Shown in pieces: positions 1-9,227 of a stretch of DNA of 64,000 nt. Under the pieces are notes generated by a model, which saw only the letters and a program-made list of their open reading frames with translations, searched no databases and was not told the origin of the DNA. Origin of the DNA: Candidatus Buchananbacteria bacterium (GTDB lineage Bacteria > Patescibacteriota > Patescibacteriia > 2-01-FULL-39-33 > JBAYJR01); assembly GCA_041665005.1 (NCBI GenBank), contig JBAYJR010000006.1, forward strand, positions 13,309 to 77,308, in the 5' to 3' direction. Position numbers and translations under genes: made by a program. How positions within the stretch are numbered: the first letter of the stretch is position 1; every line of letters begins with the position of its first letter.

Positions 1-174
1 TTGGCGTTTTGTACTGTAATGGAGGCCACTTCTTCGTTGTTAATTTGGCCAATCAATGCGCCGAGGTCGATTTTTTTGACCTCAGTGGTTGGATAATTAT
101 ATAAACTAAAAATAAAGGCGAGAACTAAAAAAGAGGCCAAAAACCAGAAAAAGTTCTTATATAGCGATTTCATA
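1..174 (-). CDS. N-terminal fragment of a membrane-anchored protein; the gene starts at 174 and runs off the window start. Possibly an FtsH-like N-terminus.
   Basis: Reverse-complement ATG at 172-174 reads MKSLYKNFFWFLASFLVLAFIFSLYNYPTTEVKKIDLGALIGQINNEEVASITVQ. A single hydrophobic anchor is followed by a soluble segment. Truncated by the window edge. Confidence 0.35.
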
Positions 175-339
175 GGTAAAGATTTCATAGATAGAATTAA
201 ATTATTTAGCTGTTTAATGCTATCTTATTATAGCAAATCAGTCAAGATCTGGCTATAATTAATTTTGTTCGCCCTGGTTGCATTTTGTTGTAAGTATAGT
301 ATGATAAGATTAAATGTCTTTAGTTAGTAAATTATTTAT

Positions 340-813
340 ATGGAAGGTGTTATTAAAAAAGCGAGAATCCAAGATTTAAAAGCGGTGCAAGAATTAAATC
401 TATTACTATTTAAAAAAGAGTATCAAGAATTTGATCAGACTCTTGATCGCCAATGGACTTTTAGTTCAGCCGGCGAAAAGTATTTTAAACATCGCTTGAC
501 CAAAGATGATGGCTGTATCTTCTTAGCCTATGTAGATGATAAATTGGTTGGCTATTTAGCCGGCGGTCTGAATAATCATCTTCCTTGTCGGGTCTTACCA
601 AAATTAGCGGAGCTAGAAAACACCTTAGTGTTGGAGGAGTTTAGAAGTCAGGGCATCGGAACCAAGCTTTACCAGGCTTTTGTTGATTGGTGCAAAACTA
701 AAGGGGTTAAAAGGTTACGCGTGATTGCCTCGGTGCAAAATGTTAAAGGGATAAATTTTTATCGGAAAAGTGGTTTTGTGGATTATGATTTAATTTTAGA
801 AACCGAGTTATAA
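340..813 (+). CDS. GNAT family N-acetyltransferase
   Basis: 157 aa. Acetyl-CoA binding motif region 'RSQGIGTKLYQAFVDWCKTKGVKRLRV' (Q/RxxGxG/A) typical of GCN5-related acetyltransferases. Confidence 0.75.
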   Translation: MEGVIKKARIQDLKAVQELNLLLFKKEYQEFDQTLDRQWTFSSAGEKYFKHRLTKDDGCIFLAYVDDKLVGYLAGGLNNHLPCRVLPKLAELENTLVLEEFRSQGIGTKLYQAFVDWCKTKGVKRLRVIASVQNVKGINFYRKSGFVDYDLILETEL

Positions 814-856
814 AATATAAAAACTGACTTAAGGAAAATTAAATTTTTATTTCGTT

Positions 857-1438
857 ATGGAACTATCTGCTTCAACTTTTGAAAACCAAACCTGGCAAAA
901 TCTGGCTTGCCTTAATCAAGACTTGCGCCACAAGGAATTTGTTGGTTGTGTTTTTAAAAAATGTGATTTTAGTAACAGTCAATTTTCTGACTCAGCTTTT
1001 ATCAATTGCACCCTGGTGGATTGCAATTTAGCTAATATTAAAGTTGATGGCTGCAGTTTTCAGGAGGTGGCTTTTGAAAATTGCAAATTGGTGGGTGTTA
1101 TTTTTAATAAAATTAATACTTTATTGTTACGGTGGGCGTTTAAAAATTGTATTATTACCTTGTGTAATTTTAGTTTGTTAGATATTAGGCATAGCAAATT
1201 TACGGGTTGTGAAATTAAAGAAACAGATTTTATCAAGACTAATTTGTCGGGAGCGGATTTTGCTAAGGCCGATTTGCGTGGTAGTCGCTTTCAAAATACT
1301 AATTTAGAAAAGGCTAATTTTGTCGGCGCCAAAAATTATTTTATTGATCCAACGGGTAATAAATTAAAACAAGCACGCTTTGCTACCCCGGAGGTTTTGG
1401 CTTTATTGGTTCCTTTTGGGATTAAAATAGAGTACTAG
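857..1438 (+). CDS. Pentapeptide-repeat protein (Qnr/MfpA-like)
   Basis: 193 aa with tandem pentapeptide repeats ('CVFKKCDFSNSQFSDSAFINCTLVDCNLANIKVDGCSFQEVAFENCKLVGVIF', 'DFAKADLRGSRFQNTNLEKANFVGA'). Size and two-block repeat layout resemble Qnr-type DNA-gyrase protection proteins. Confidence 0.7.
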   Translation: MELSASTFENQTWQNLACLNQDLRHKEFVGCVFKKCDFSNSQFSDSAFINCTLVDCNLANIKVDGCSFQEVAFENCKLVGVIFNKINTLLLRWAFKNCIITLCNFSLLDIRHSKFTGCEIKETDFIKTNLSGADFAKADLRGSRFQNTNLEKANFVGAKNYFIDPTGNKLKQARFATPEVLALLVPFGIKIEY

Positions 1439-1465
1439 TCTATAAAAACACCCGCAGCTATCTAT

Positions 1466-1497
1466 CTTGACTGTGGTGCGAAGTATGGTATAATACA
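1466..1497 (+). promoter_or_regulatory. Sigma70-like promoter: ttgact - 17 nt - tataat with TG extension
   Basis: 'ttgactgtggtgcgaagtatggtataat' lies upstream of ORF 1523. Confidence 0.5.
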
Positions 1498-1522
1498 GTT
1501 ATATTATTAACTAAATAAATTT

Positions 1523-1834
1523 ATGGGAGTTGAAAACAAAGACGCTGGTTCGCCAGATAGCCAGCCAAAAAAGCAATTTAAAGTTGGTATAGAAATGGAA
1601 GTTCGTGGCAAAGATGGCACGGAAATTGAAGGTGGTAATTTATGGGAAGATGTGATAGTGGACGCGAGTAGTGAGGACGAAGCCCGAGATATCGTATTTA
1701 ATAAAATGGATTTCGGTAATAGAAAACCAAATGGTTATTCTGAGGTAGAAGAAATTATTAAACCGACAAGCAGTAGACCAACGTCGGGTAAATCAGAAGA
1801 GCCGCCATTATTTTTTACGCGTTTGGGTAAATAG
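1523..1834 (+). CDS. Hypothetical acidic small protein
   Basis: 103-aa ORF behind a strong promoter. No recognisable motif. Confidence 0.4.
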   Translation: MGVENKDAGSPDSQPKKQFKVGIEMEVRGKDGTEIEGGNLWEDVIVDASSEDEARDIVFNKMDFGNRKPNGYSEVEEIIKPTSSRPTSGKSEEPPLFFTRLGK

Positions 1835-1885
1835 AGTTTATCAATAAAAAACACCCCCAGAAATGGAGGTGTTTTTTAAAGAGAA

Positions 1886-3223
1886 CTATTCTTTGATTGG
1901 TTCTTCAGTCTTTGGTTCCTCGGATTTTACTGCCTCTTCCTTTTTTTCTTTTTTCGGTCGACCGCGATGTTTTTTGGCTTCAGCGGTTTCAGCGGTTGCT
2001 TCGTCGGTAACGGCTGTTTCGGTTTTTTCAATTTCCGCCTTTTCTTTTTTGGTTTCAGATTTCTTTTCGGTTTTAGCTTTAGGGGTTTGGACCTTGTCAT
2101 TGCTTAAGCTTAAACCTAAACGATGGTTTTGCGGTTCAATGGAAATAATTTTAAATTCTAAAGTATCGCCGGGCTTGGCAATGTCGGCTGGAGTTAAGCC
2201 TTGACTGGCTAATTCTGAAACGTGAGCTAAGCCATGAATGTCTGGATCAAGTTCTACAAACAAACCAAAAGGATTAACTTTTAAGACTTTGCCCGAAACG
2301 GTTTGGCCGACTTGATATTTAGTTTCTACGTCAGACCACGGATCTTTTTGGAGTTTTTTAATGGATAAGAAAAGCTTAGAGCCTTCAATACCGATAATTT
2401 GAGCGGAAATTTTTTGGCCGATTTGTAAAAAGTCGGCGGGGTTATCAATGCGTTGCCAAGCAATTTCGGAAATATGAATTAAGCCCTCTAATTTTTCGCC
2501 AAATTCTACAAAGGCGCCAAAATCGGTCGTGGCGGTAATTTTGCCTTCCACGGTATCGCCAATTTTGTATTTGGCCAAGACATGACGTTGTTGTTCTTCC
2601 CAAGCAGCTTTTTCAGAAACAATTAATTTATTATCGCGTTCTTGAGCATCCAAAACTTTGACTGGAAACTTTTTGCCCACGTAACTTTTTAAGACTTCTA
2701 AAATACGACCCTTATCACCACCAGGCACGCGAGGATATTTTTCGGGTGATAATTGAGAAACTGGTAAAAAACCAGAAACACCGAAGAGTTTAATCATTAA
2801 GCCGCCTTTGTTGGCGTCTAAAATTTCCACTTCGGTTACTTCGCCGCTGGCTTGTAGTTGGCTTAAATTGTCCCAAGCTTTTTGTTGACCGGCAAAGCGG
2901 AAAGAAAGTTCAATTTCACCGTTTTCATTTTCCAACTCCATAACTGTGGCTTCCACTTCTTGGCCGATGGCTAAGCTGGTAGTTTGGCTGGATTGGTCAA
3001 AAAATTCATGACCGCGAACTACGCCGGTAGCAATCCCGTCTAAGTCCACATAAACTTCATTATGGCCTAAGGCAATAATTTTTCCTTTAACTAAATCACC
3101 AACTTTAGGAAATTTTAAAAATTGGTTATCGGCTAATAATTTTTTGAATTCAGAATCATTAGCATCGGCGCTGAGAGTAGTATCTTCAGCAGGAACACTT
3201 TTTTTCTTTTTGAATAACATCAT
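1886..3223 (-). CDS. rpsA: 30S ribosomal protein S1
   Basis: 445 aa with several S1 RNA-binding repeats ('GDLVKGKIIALGHNEVYVDLDG', 'IGQEVEATVMELENENGEIELS', 'GDTVEGKITATTDFGAFVEF', 'VGQTVSGKVLKVNPFGLFVEL') and a lysine-rich C-terminal tail. Confidence 0.9.
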   Translation of the reverse strand: MMLFKKKKSVPAEDTTLSADANDSEFKKLLADNQFLKFPKVGDLVKGKIIALGHNEVYVDLDGIATGVVRGHEFFDQSSQTTSLAIGQEVEATVMELENENGEIELSFRFAGQQKAWDNLSQLQASGEVTEVEILDANKGGLMIKLFGVSGFLPVSQLSPEKYPRVPGGDKGRILEVLKSYVGKKFPVKVLDAQERDNKLIVSEKAAWEEQQRHVLAKYKIGDTVEGKITATTDFGAFVEFGEKLEGLIHISEIAWQRIDNPADFLQIGQKISAQIIGIEGSKLFLSIKKLQKDPWSDVETKYQVGQTVSGKVLKVNPFGLFVELDPDIHGLAHVSELASQGLTPADIAKPGDTLEFKIISIEPQNHRLGLSLSNDKVQTPKAKTEKKSETKKEKAEIEKTETAVTDEATAETAEAKKHRGRPKKEKKEEAVKSEEPKTEEPIKE

Positions 3224-3391
3224 AAAATAATAAAACCCTGATACTTGTCAGGGGGTTTTGGCTTTAACCCGGCCCCGAAGGGACAAGTCTCCCGATTAAA
3301 AGTGGGAGTTATTTAGTAAGGAGAGTATAACACGGGGTGATTATTACGTCAAGCAGGGGGAATTACTCCCCCTACTTGGCAATTTAGCCAC

Positions 3392-4102
3392 TTAAAAACT
3401 TTGTTGAGCCTGCCTAAAATCAATTCTACCGGAATACAGGGCTTGGCCGACAATTGCTTCTTTAATTCCTAAACGAGTCAAACGTTTAATTTGCGCTAAG
3501 CTAGCAATGCCACCAGAAGCGACTATTGATAAATTAGTTTGCTTAATTAGTTTAGTCAGCAGTTGATAGTTGGGTTGGGTTAAAGTGCCATCGCGCGTAA
3601 TGTCAGTAAAGATTATTTTTTTTATTCCCAGTTCGGTTACTTTTTTTACTAGGTCAAAAATTTTTAGCTGACTTGATTCTAACCAACCCCCGGTCATTAC
3701 TAAATTATTATGGGCATCAATCGCCACCACAATGATTTGGCCATATTTTTGGCTAACCAGTCTAAGTAGTTGAGGATTTTTAATGGCAGCACTGCCTAAG
3801 ATAACATTTTGCGCACCGGCGGCCAGATAAGCTTCAATATCTTTTTTAGTTCTAATGCCACCGCCAACTTGTATGGGAATATTAAGCGTGGCAATAATTT
3901 TTTTGATCAGAGTAAAGTTAGTCGGTCGACCATTTTTGGCACCATCCAGATCTACTAAGTGAATTAGCGTGGCGCCTAGTTTTTGCCAAATCAAGGCTTG
4001 GGCTAGGGGGTCACGATTCACCACGGTTTTTTGCTGATAATTTCCTTGGTATAAACGAACCGCCTGGCCGTTTAAGATATCAATGGCTGGAATAATAGTC
4101 AT
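3392..4102 (-). CDS. hisA: ProFAR isomerase HisA
   Basis: 'MTIIPAIDILNGQAVRLYQGNY...LIHLVDLDGAKNG...IQVGGGIRT' is the HisA signature. Confidence 0.85.
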   Translation of the reverse strand: MTIIPAIDILNGQAVRLYQGNYQQKTVVNRDPLAQALIWQKLGATLIHLVDLDGAKNGRPTNFTLIKKIIATLNIPIQVGGGIRTKKDIEAYLAAGAQNVILGSAAIKNPQLLRLVSQKYGQIIVVAIDAHNNLVMTGGWLESSQLKIFDLVKKVTELGIKKIIFTDITRDGTLTQPNYQLLTKLIKQTNLSIVASGGIASLAQIKRLTRLGIKEAIVGQALYSGRIDFRQAQQSF

Positions 4103-4108
4103 AGAGTT

Positions 4109-4426
4109 TTAATTAAATTTTTGGTAAAAGCAAGAAACTTGGCCGGTGTGACAAACACTTTGGCCGGCTAGTTTAACTAAAATCAACAGAGTGTCGTTAT
4201 CGCAATCTAAGTAAATCTTTTTTACCAGTAAATAATTGCCAGAAGTTTCGCCTTTGGTCCAGAGTTTTTTACGAGTGCGCGAATAAAAACAAACCTTTTT
4301 GGTGATACGGGTTTTTTGCCAAGCCGCTTGATTCATAAAGCCCAGCATCAGTACTTGTTTGGTGTTAATTTCTTGAATTATCACCGGAACTAAACCACAC
4401 ATTTTAGTAAAGTTAATTTTGAGCAT
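4109..4426 (-). CDS. hisI: Phosphoribosyl-AMP cyclohydrolase HisI
   Basis: 'GLVPVIIQE...VLMLGFMNQAAWQKT...FYSRTRKKLWTKGETSGN...DCDNDTLLILV...CHTG' matches the HisI cyclohydrolase motifs. Confidence 0.85.
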   Translation of the reverse strand: MLKINFTKMCGLVPVIIQEINTKQVLMLGFMNQAAWQKTRITKKVCFYSRTRKKLWTKGETSGNYLLVKKIYLDCDNDTLLILVKLAGQSVCHTGQVSCFYQKFN

Positions 4427-4438
4427 AAGAGTTTGTAT

Positions 4439-5302
4439 TTAGTAAATTATTTTTTCAATTGGCCACAGGACAATATCTTGCGCGCCAAGTGCTTTTAGTT
4501 GTTCAATGATTGGCCAACTAGCTTGACTGTCAATTACCGATTGAACAGCTAACATGCCAGGTTGGGCTAAGCGTAAAACTGTGGGAGCAGTTAGACCGGG
4601 GATAACTTTTTTAATTTTGGGTAGCAATTCTTCGGCTGCGTTTAAGGTTAGGTATTTTTTTTCTTTGGCGTTTAGCACGCTATCAAAGCGGAGTAGTAAG
4701 GATTTAACCAAGGCAAGTTTGGCGGGATTTAGGGCTTGGTTGCTAAGCAAAACCGTTTCGGATTCTAAAATGGTTTGCATAATTTTTAAACCATTTAGTT
4801 TTAAGGTTTCACCGGAGGAAACCAAATCAGCAATAGCCTCGGCTAAACCTAGGCGGGGAGTAATTTCTACGGCGCCTTCAATTTCAATCACTTGAGCAGA
4901 AATTTTTTGTTGAGCCAAAAATTCTTTAGTTAGGCGACCAAAAGAGGTGGCAATTCTTTTGCCATTAAGGTCACTTAACCGTTTAATTTTAGATTCGGCG
5001 CCAACGGCCAAGGTTAAATTGGTTTTGCCATAGCCCAGTTTTTTTAAGATAGTTACTTGGGCGGCTTTTTCTTGAACTAAATCGTAGCCAGTAATTCCTA
5101 AATCCGCTAAACCGGTTTGGACATATTGTGGAATGCAACTGGCTGAGATAAATAACAACTCTAAAGCAAAGTTTTGGGCAGGGCAGCAAAGTTGCCGTTC
5201 GGAGCAATTAAATTCTAAGTCAATCTTTTTTAAGAGCGCTAGAGTTGGCTCTTTAAGTCGGCCTTTATTAGGCACAGCTAAGCGTAAAGTATTGTTGGTC
5301 AT
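4439..5302 (-). CDS. hisG: ATP phosphoribosyltransferase HisG (long form)
   Basis: 287 aa. 'LRLAVPNKGRL...P' N-terminus and the C-terminal regulatory domain are typical of long-form HisG. Confidence 0.8.
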   Translation of the reverse strand: MTNNTLRLAVPNKGRLKEPTLALLKKIDLEFNCSERQLCCPAQNFALELLFISASCIPQYVQTGLADLGITGYDLVQEKAAQVTILKKLGYGKTNLTLAVGAESKIKRLSDLNGKRIATSFGRLTKEFLAQQKISAQVIEIEGAVEITPRLGLAEAIADLVSSGETLKLNGLKIMQTILESETVLLSNQALNPAKLALVKSLLLRFDSVLNAKEKKYLTLNAAEELLPKIKKVIPGLTAPTVLRLAQPGMLAVQSVIDSQASWPIIEQLKALGAQDIVLWPIEKIIY

Positions 5303-5307
5303 AAATT

Positions 5308-5589
5308 TTACTTAAAGCGTTTTTTTAGTTCAGTGGTAACTTGATTGGGGGTTAATTGACAATCAGCCAGCAAGACTAATAGGTTATAGATTAAATCAGC
5401 CGCTTCAGAGATTATTTCAGTTGGTTCATTTTTCATTCCCGCTAAAGCCACTTCCACCCCTTCTTCGCCGACCTTTTGGCAAATTCTGGCCCGGCCGCGT
5501 TTAAACAGCGAAGCGGTATAAGAATTAGCCGGTAAATCTTTTTGTCTTTGTTTAATGGTGTTAAATAAGGCAATAATAATTTTTTCCAT
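5308..5589 (-). CDS. hisE: Phosphoribosyl-ATP pyrophosphatase HisE
   Basis: 93 aa. 'SYTASLFKRGRARICQKVGEEGVEVALAG...EAADLIYNLLVLL' (MazG-like HisE). Confidence 0.8.
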   Translation of the reverse strand: MEKIIIALFNTIKQRQKDLPANSYTASLFKRGRARICQKVGEEGVEVALAGMKNEPTEIISEAADLIYNLLVLLADCQLTPNQVTTELKKRFK

Positions 5590-5611
5590 ATGATTATAAG
5601 TTAGAGTTAAT

Positions 5612-5640
5612 AAGAGTAAATAAAAAAATCTCGCCTTTCA
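5612..5640 (-). terminator. Intrinsic terminator (minus strand) between the yerC-like gene and hisE
   Basis: Hairpin tctcgc-ctttcag-cgagga, followed on the minus strand by a T-run. Confidence 0.5.
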
Positions 5641-5669
5641 GCGAGGATTAAAATTTTAAACAACTTAAA

Positions 5670-5990
5670 TTATCCTTGGCTGAAAGGCTTGGTATGGGGT
5701 AAGTGTAAATTTAATTTTTTTAAGGCAGTTTGATAGCCACCTTGGCCATTATTTAACCAATAAGCCACGCGGGCTACGGTGGTAGTACTAACTTGGAGTT
5801 TTTTGGCAATCTCGCGGTAAGTTTTTTGCTTAGTCAACAACAGAACAATTTGCCAACGTTCATTTATTTCTTTAAGTTCATCTAAAGTGCAAAGATCACG
5901 AAAAAAAGCCTTGAGGTCGCCAGGTTTTTTAAGAGCCAAAAGGATTTTGACTAAATCGTCGCTAAGTCGTTGATTATTTTGAGTGGTCAT
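5670..5990 (-). CDS. YerC/YecD family TrpR-like DNA-binding protein
   Basis: 106 aa. 'ELKEINERWQIVLLLTKQKTYREIAKKLQVSTTTVARVAYWLNNG' is the TrpR-like YerC/YecD helix-turn-helix region. Confidence 0.7.
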   Translation of the reverse strand: MTTQNNQRLSDDLVKILLALKKPGDLKAFFRDLCTLDELKEINERWQIVLLLTKQKTYREIAKKLQVSTTTVARVAYWLNNGQGGYQTALKKLNLHLPHTKPFSQG

Positions 5991-6049
5991 AAACTTGTAT
6001 TACTGTATTACTATAGTAACACAAGGACTAAAAGTAGTCAAGGGCTAAT

Positions 6050-6427
6050 TTGGGGATAACTAAATTTAGTCAGAAAATATTTGAATTTTTGGCTAAATTA
6101 TGGTATAAAGTAACAACTATGAGTCAAAAATTTCAAAAAACGGTAGAAGATTTTAATTGTGAACATTGTCAGGCGGTTATTAAGGGTAATGGTTATACTA
6201 ATCATTGCTCGCGATGTTTATGGTCTAAACACGTTGATATTAATCCGGGTGACCGGTTGGCTACTTGCGGTGGCTTAATGATGCCACAGGAGCTAATTTT
6301 AGAGCATGGCGAGCAACAATTAATTCATCGCTGCCGTAAATGCGGGCAAGTTAAAAAGAATAAAGTCTCGGCTAATGATGATTTTGAAGCTATTCTTAAG
6401 TTAATGAAAAACGTTTCAAAAATATGA
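6050..6427 (+). CDS. RNHCP-domain zinc-ribbon protein
   Basis: 125 aa. 'CEHCQAV...GYTNHCSRCLWSKHVD...CGG...HRCRKCG' is a Cys/His-rich RNHCP-like pattern. The stop overlaps the next gene's start (ATGA). Confidence 0.55.
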   Translation: MGITKFSQKIFEFLAKLWYKVTTMSQKFQKTVEDFNCEHCQAVIKGNGYTNHCSRCLWSKHVDINPGDRLATCGGLMMPQELILEHGEQQLIHRCRKCGQVKKNKVSANDDFEAILKLMKNVSKI

Positions 6428-7308
6428 AAGTCGGTTTAGTACTAGAAGGTGGTTTTATGCGTGGGGCTTATGTGGCCGGGGCTTTACGGGCCTTAGCAGA
6501 TTTAGGTTTGAAAAAGTTTGAAGTAATCAGTGCGGTTTCTATTTCTACTTTTTCGGCGGCTTATTTTGTGACTGGTCAATATGCCGAAATGGTGCATATT
6601 TGGCGCAACATAGTAACCAGCAAAGATTTTATTGGTTGGAGGGTTTTTTTAAAACACGGCCGAATTTATAATATTAATAAATTAGTGTTTGAGGTTTTTA
6701 CTAAACAAGTTCCTTTTGCCAAGCAAGTATTTAAAGATTCAGCCACAGAAGTATTTTTTGCCGTGACTAATCACGAGACTGGTGAAGTGGAATATTTAAA
6801 CAATCATACGCCGGGTGATATTTTTTATAAAATGATTTGTGCTACGGCTAATTTTCATGTACATCCGCCTAAATACAAAAGTGGGGGTCAGTATTATCAG
6901 GACGGCGGCTTTGTTTCACCCTTAACTTTGGATAAGGCGGTGGCCGAGGGTTGTGATAAAATTATTTTTATTCGGACCAAAAAAGAATATGGCCAAGAAT
7001 ATGATTATTTAATGCCCTTGACCAAATATTTTTGGCCTAAAATGTATCAAGCCTATCTTAAACGGGTGGCAAATTTTAAATTAAATCAAGAGCTGGTTGA
7101 AGATTTAACCAAGCGAGGTAAAATTTTGGTGATTGCGCCAAAAAATATTAGTCGTTACGAACGTTGGACGACTAAACCACATAAATTGGGGGCTTGGGTA
7201 GAGATGGGTTATCGTGAATGTTTGGAAGTCTTTACCAGAAATCAGGATTTTTTGCCAATTAACGACCCTAAAGAGTTTTTAGCCATAAAAAATCCAGGCC
7301 AGTTTTAG
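6424..7308 (+). CDS. Patatin-like phospholipase
   Basis: 294 aa. N-terminal 'LVLEGGFMRGAYVAGALRAL' (GGxxRG oxyanion motif) and 'YQDGGF' (catalytic DGG/DGA block). Confidence 0.75.
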   Translation: MKVGLVLEGGFMRGAYVAGALRALADLGLKKFEVISAVSISTFSAAYFVTGQYAEMVHIWRNIVTSKDFIGWRVFLKHGRIYNINKLVFEVFTKQVPFAKQVFKDSATEVFFAVTNHETGEVEYLNNHTPGDIFYKMICATANFHVHPPKYKSGGQYYQDGGFVSPLTLDKAVAEGCDKIIFIRTKKEYGQEYDYLMPLTKYFWPKMYQAYLKRVANFKLNQELVEDLTKRGKILVIAPKNISRYERWTTKPHKLGAWVEMGYRECLEVFTRNQDFLPINDPKEFLAIKNPGQF

Positions 7309-7382
7309 TTGAGATTATTAATTATAATTGGTTGAGGTTTGGAAGTTTTTTTAAAATAATTTTTTACAATACAGTAAGTTAC

Positions 7383-7420
7383 TTTTTTATTTGGCTAAAA
7401 AGTGATATAGTTTAAGCAAG
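7383..7420 (+). promoter_or_regulatory. Extended -10 promoter with conserved upstream palindrome-like box (copy A)
   Basis: 'ttttttatttggctaaaaagtgatatagtttaagcaag' lies 10 nt before the ATG of the acyl-CoA ligase gene. It is near-identical to the block at 9183-9222. Confidence 0.45.
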
Positions 7421-7429
7421 AATTTTTTT

Positions 7430-9154
7430 ATGGCAACTTTGCCCGAACAATTTTTTGTTACTGCAAAAAAGTTTCCCGATAAAACCGCTTTGAAATACAA
7501 ACAGAGTGGTGCTTATTTGGAATTAACGTTTAATGAATTAGCTAAGCAGATTAAAACCGTAGCCCAGGCTTTGCTAAAATTAGGCCTGAGCCCCACTGAA
7601 AGGGTGGCGGTGTTAGCGCCAAATTGTCCGGAATGGGTAATGCTAGATTTGGGTATAATGTTGGCGGGCGGTATCACGGTGCCAATTCACACCACCTTTA
7701 GCCCCAAATTGATCGCCGGAGTCATAAAAAATTCAAACGCACAGATTTTAGTAGTCTCCACTCAAGAACAGTTAAATAAGATTGGTTTAATCATTTCGGA
7801 GATTCCGCAAGTTAGAAAAATTATTTATTTAAATGCTGATTACCTAAACAATCTGCCCGCTAAGTTGGCTACGGCCTGGGCAGATTTTTTATGTTTAACT
7901 TCAACCGAAACTGTTTGGCCAAAAATTGAAGCGAAAGATATTTGTAGTATTATTTATACTTCTGGCACCACTGGGGAACCTAAGGGTGTAGCTTTAACTC
8001 ACAAAAATTTTTTGAGTGACGCACAGGCTTGTGCGCAGGTAGTGCCGGTCACCAAGGAAGATACTTTGTTATCTTTGTTACCGTTATCTCATGTATTTGA
8101 GCGAACGGCTGGTTATTATACACCATTACTTTTTGCTGGAGCGACCATTGCTTATGCTGAAAGTTTTAAGGAGTTTTCAAAAAATTTACGGGAGGTTAAT
8201 CCGACTATTTTAGTTTCGGTGCCACGAGTTTTTGAAAAGATGCAGGATAGTATTTGGCAAAAGATGCGCCAACGGGGTAAATTTACTTTAAAATTATTTT
8301 ATTGGGCTTTAAAGCAACCTAGCGGCAGTGTGACACAATGGTTGGCTGAACTGTTGATTTTAAAAAAGATTAGAAAGGCTTTAGGGACTAATTTTCGGTT
8401 TGCGATTGCCGGAGGTTCGGCCTTGAGTTTGCGCCAGGCTAAATTTTTTAATAAAATCGGCTTAGCGGTTTACCAGGGTTATGGCTTAACAGAAGCTTCA
8501 CCGGTTGTCGCCACTAATTATCCGGCTCAGCAGGAGCGGGGCACCGTCGGCAAGGCTTTGCCGGGGGTAGAAATAAAAATTGCTAATGACAAAGAAATTT
8601 TAGTGCGAGGACCTAACGTCATGAAGGGTTATTGGGAAGACGACGAGGCGACCAGGGAAGCGCTTGATGAACAAGGATATTTGCATACGGGTGATTTAGG
8701 CCACTTAAGTAATCAGGGCTATTTAACAATTATTGGTCGTAAAAAAGAAATGATTGTTACCGCCGGTGGTAAAAATTTTTGGCCGGAAATTTTGGAGGAA
8801 AAATTAAACGAAACCAAATATATTTCTCAAACCATGGTGATTGGGAATAACCGCAAGCATCTAGCCGCGTTGATTGTGCCAGATTGGATTAATTTAAAAC
8901 GTTACCTGCAAGAAAATAAAATTGAAGTGCCACAAGATGAGATTTTGAATCAGCCGTCAGTGTTGCAACTTTATCGTCAAAACATTAATACGGCCACCCA
9001 GTATTTGGCGGAATATGAAAAAATTATTAAATTCGTTTTAGTGGTTAATGAGTTTACTCAGGAACGGGAAGAATTAACCCCAACTTTAAAATTGCGTCGG
9101 TCGGTGATTGCTACGCATTATAAAAAAGAAATTGAGCAAATGTATTTTGAGTAA
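7430..9154 (+). CDS. Long-chain fatty-acid--CoA ligase (AMP-binding superfamily)
   Basis: 574 aa. AMP-binding motif 'YTSGTTGEPKGV', 'GYGLTE', 'YLHTGDLG...GRKKEMI'. Confidence 0.85.
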   Translation: MATLPEQFFVTAKKFPDKTALKYKQSGAYLELTFNELAKQIKTVAQALLKLGLSPTERVAVLAPNCPEWVMLDLGIMLAGGITVPIHTTFSPKLIAGVIKNSNAQILVVSTQEQLNKIGLIISEIPQVRKIIYLNADYLNNLPAKLATAWADFLCLTSTETVWPKIEAKDICSIIYTSGTTGEPKGVALTHKNFLSDAQACAQVVPVTKEDTLLSLLPLSHVFERTAGYYTPLLFAGATIAYAESFKEFSKNLREVNPTILVSVPRVFEKMQDSIWQKMRQRGKFTLKLFYWALKQPSGSVTQWLAELLILKKIRKALGTNFRFAIAGGSALSLRQAKFFNKIGLAVYQGYGLTEASPVVATNYPAQQERGTVGKALPGVEIKIANDKEILVRGPNVMKGYWEDDEATREALDEQGYLHTGDLGHLSNQGYLTIIGRKKEMIVTAGGKNFWPEILEEKLNETKYISQTMVIGNNRKHLAALIVPDWINLKRYLQENKIEVPQDEILNQPSVLQLYRQNINTATQYLAEYEKIIKFVLVVNEFTQEREELTPTLKLRRSVIATHYKKEIEQMYFE

Positions 9155-9182
9155 GATTTGATTTTAACAACCTCGTCCAGCG

Positions 9183-9222
9183 GGGTTTTTTATTTGGCCA
9201 AAAAATGGTATAGTAAAGGCAA
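9183..9222 (+). promoter_or_regulatory. Extended -10 promoter with conserved upstream palindrome (copy B)
   Basis: 'ttttttatttggccaaaaaatggtatagtaaaggcaag' contains the perfect 10-bp palindrome tttggccaaa and TGnTATAGT. It precedes the plsC-like gene. Confidence 0.45.
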
Positions 9223-9227
9223 GATTT

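Noticed and set aside
4554-5315. Plus-strand ORFs 4554-4895 and 5133-5315 and minus ORF 4989-5207 within hisG.
   Set aside because: Antisense or alternative-frame ORFs inside a confidently identified hisG. No motifs.
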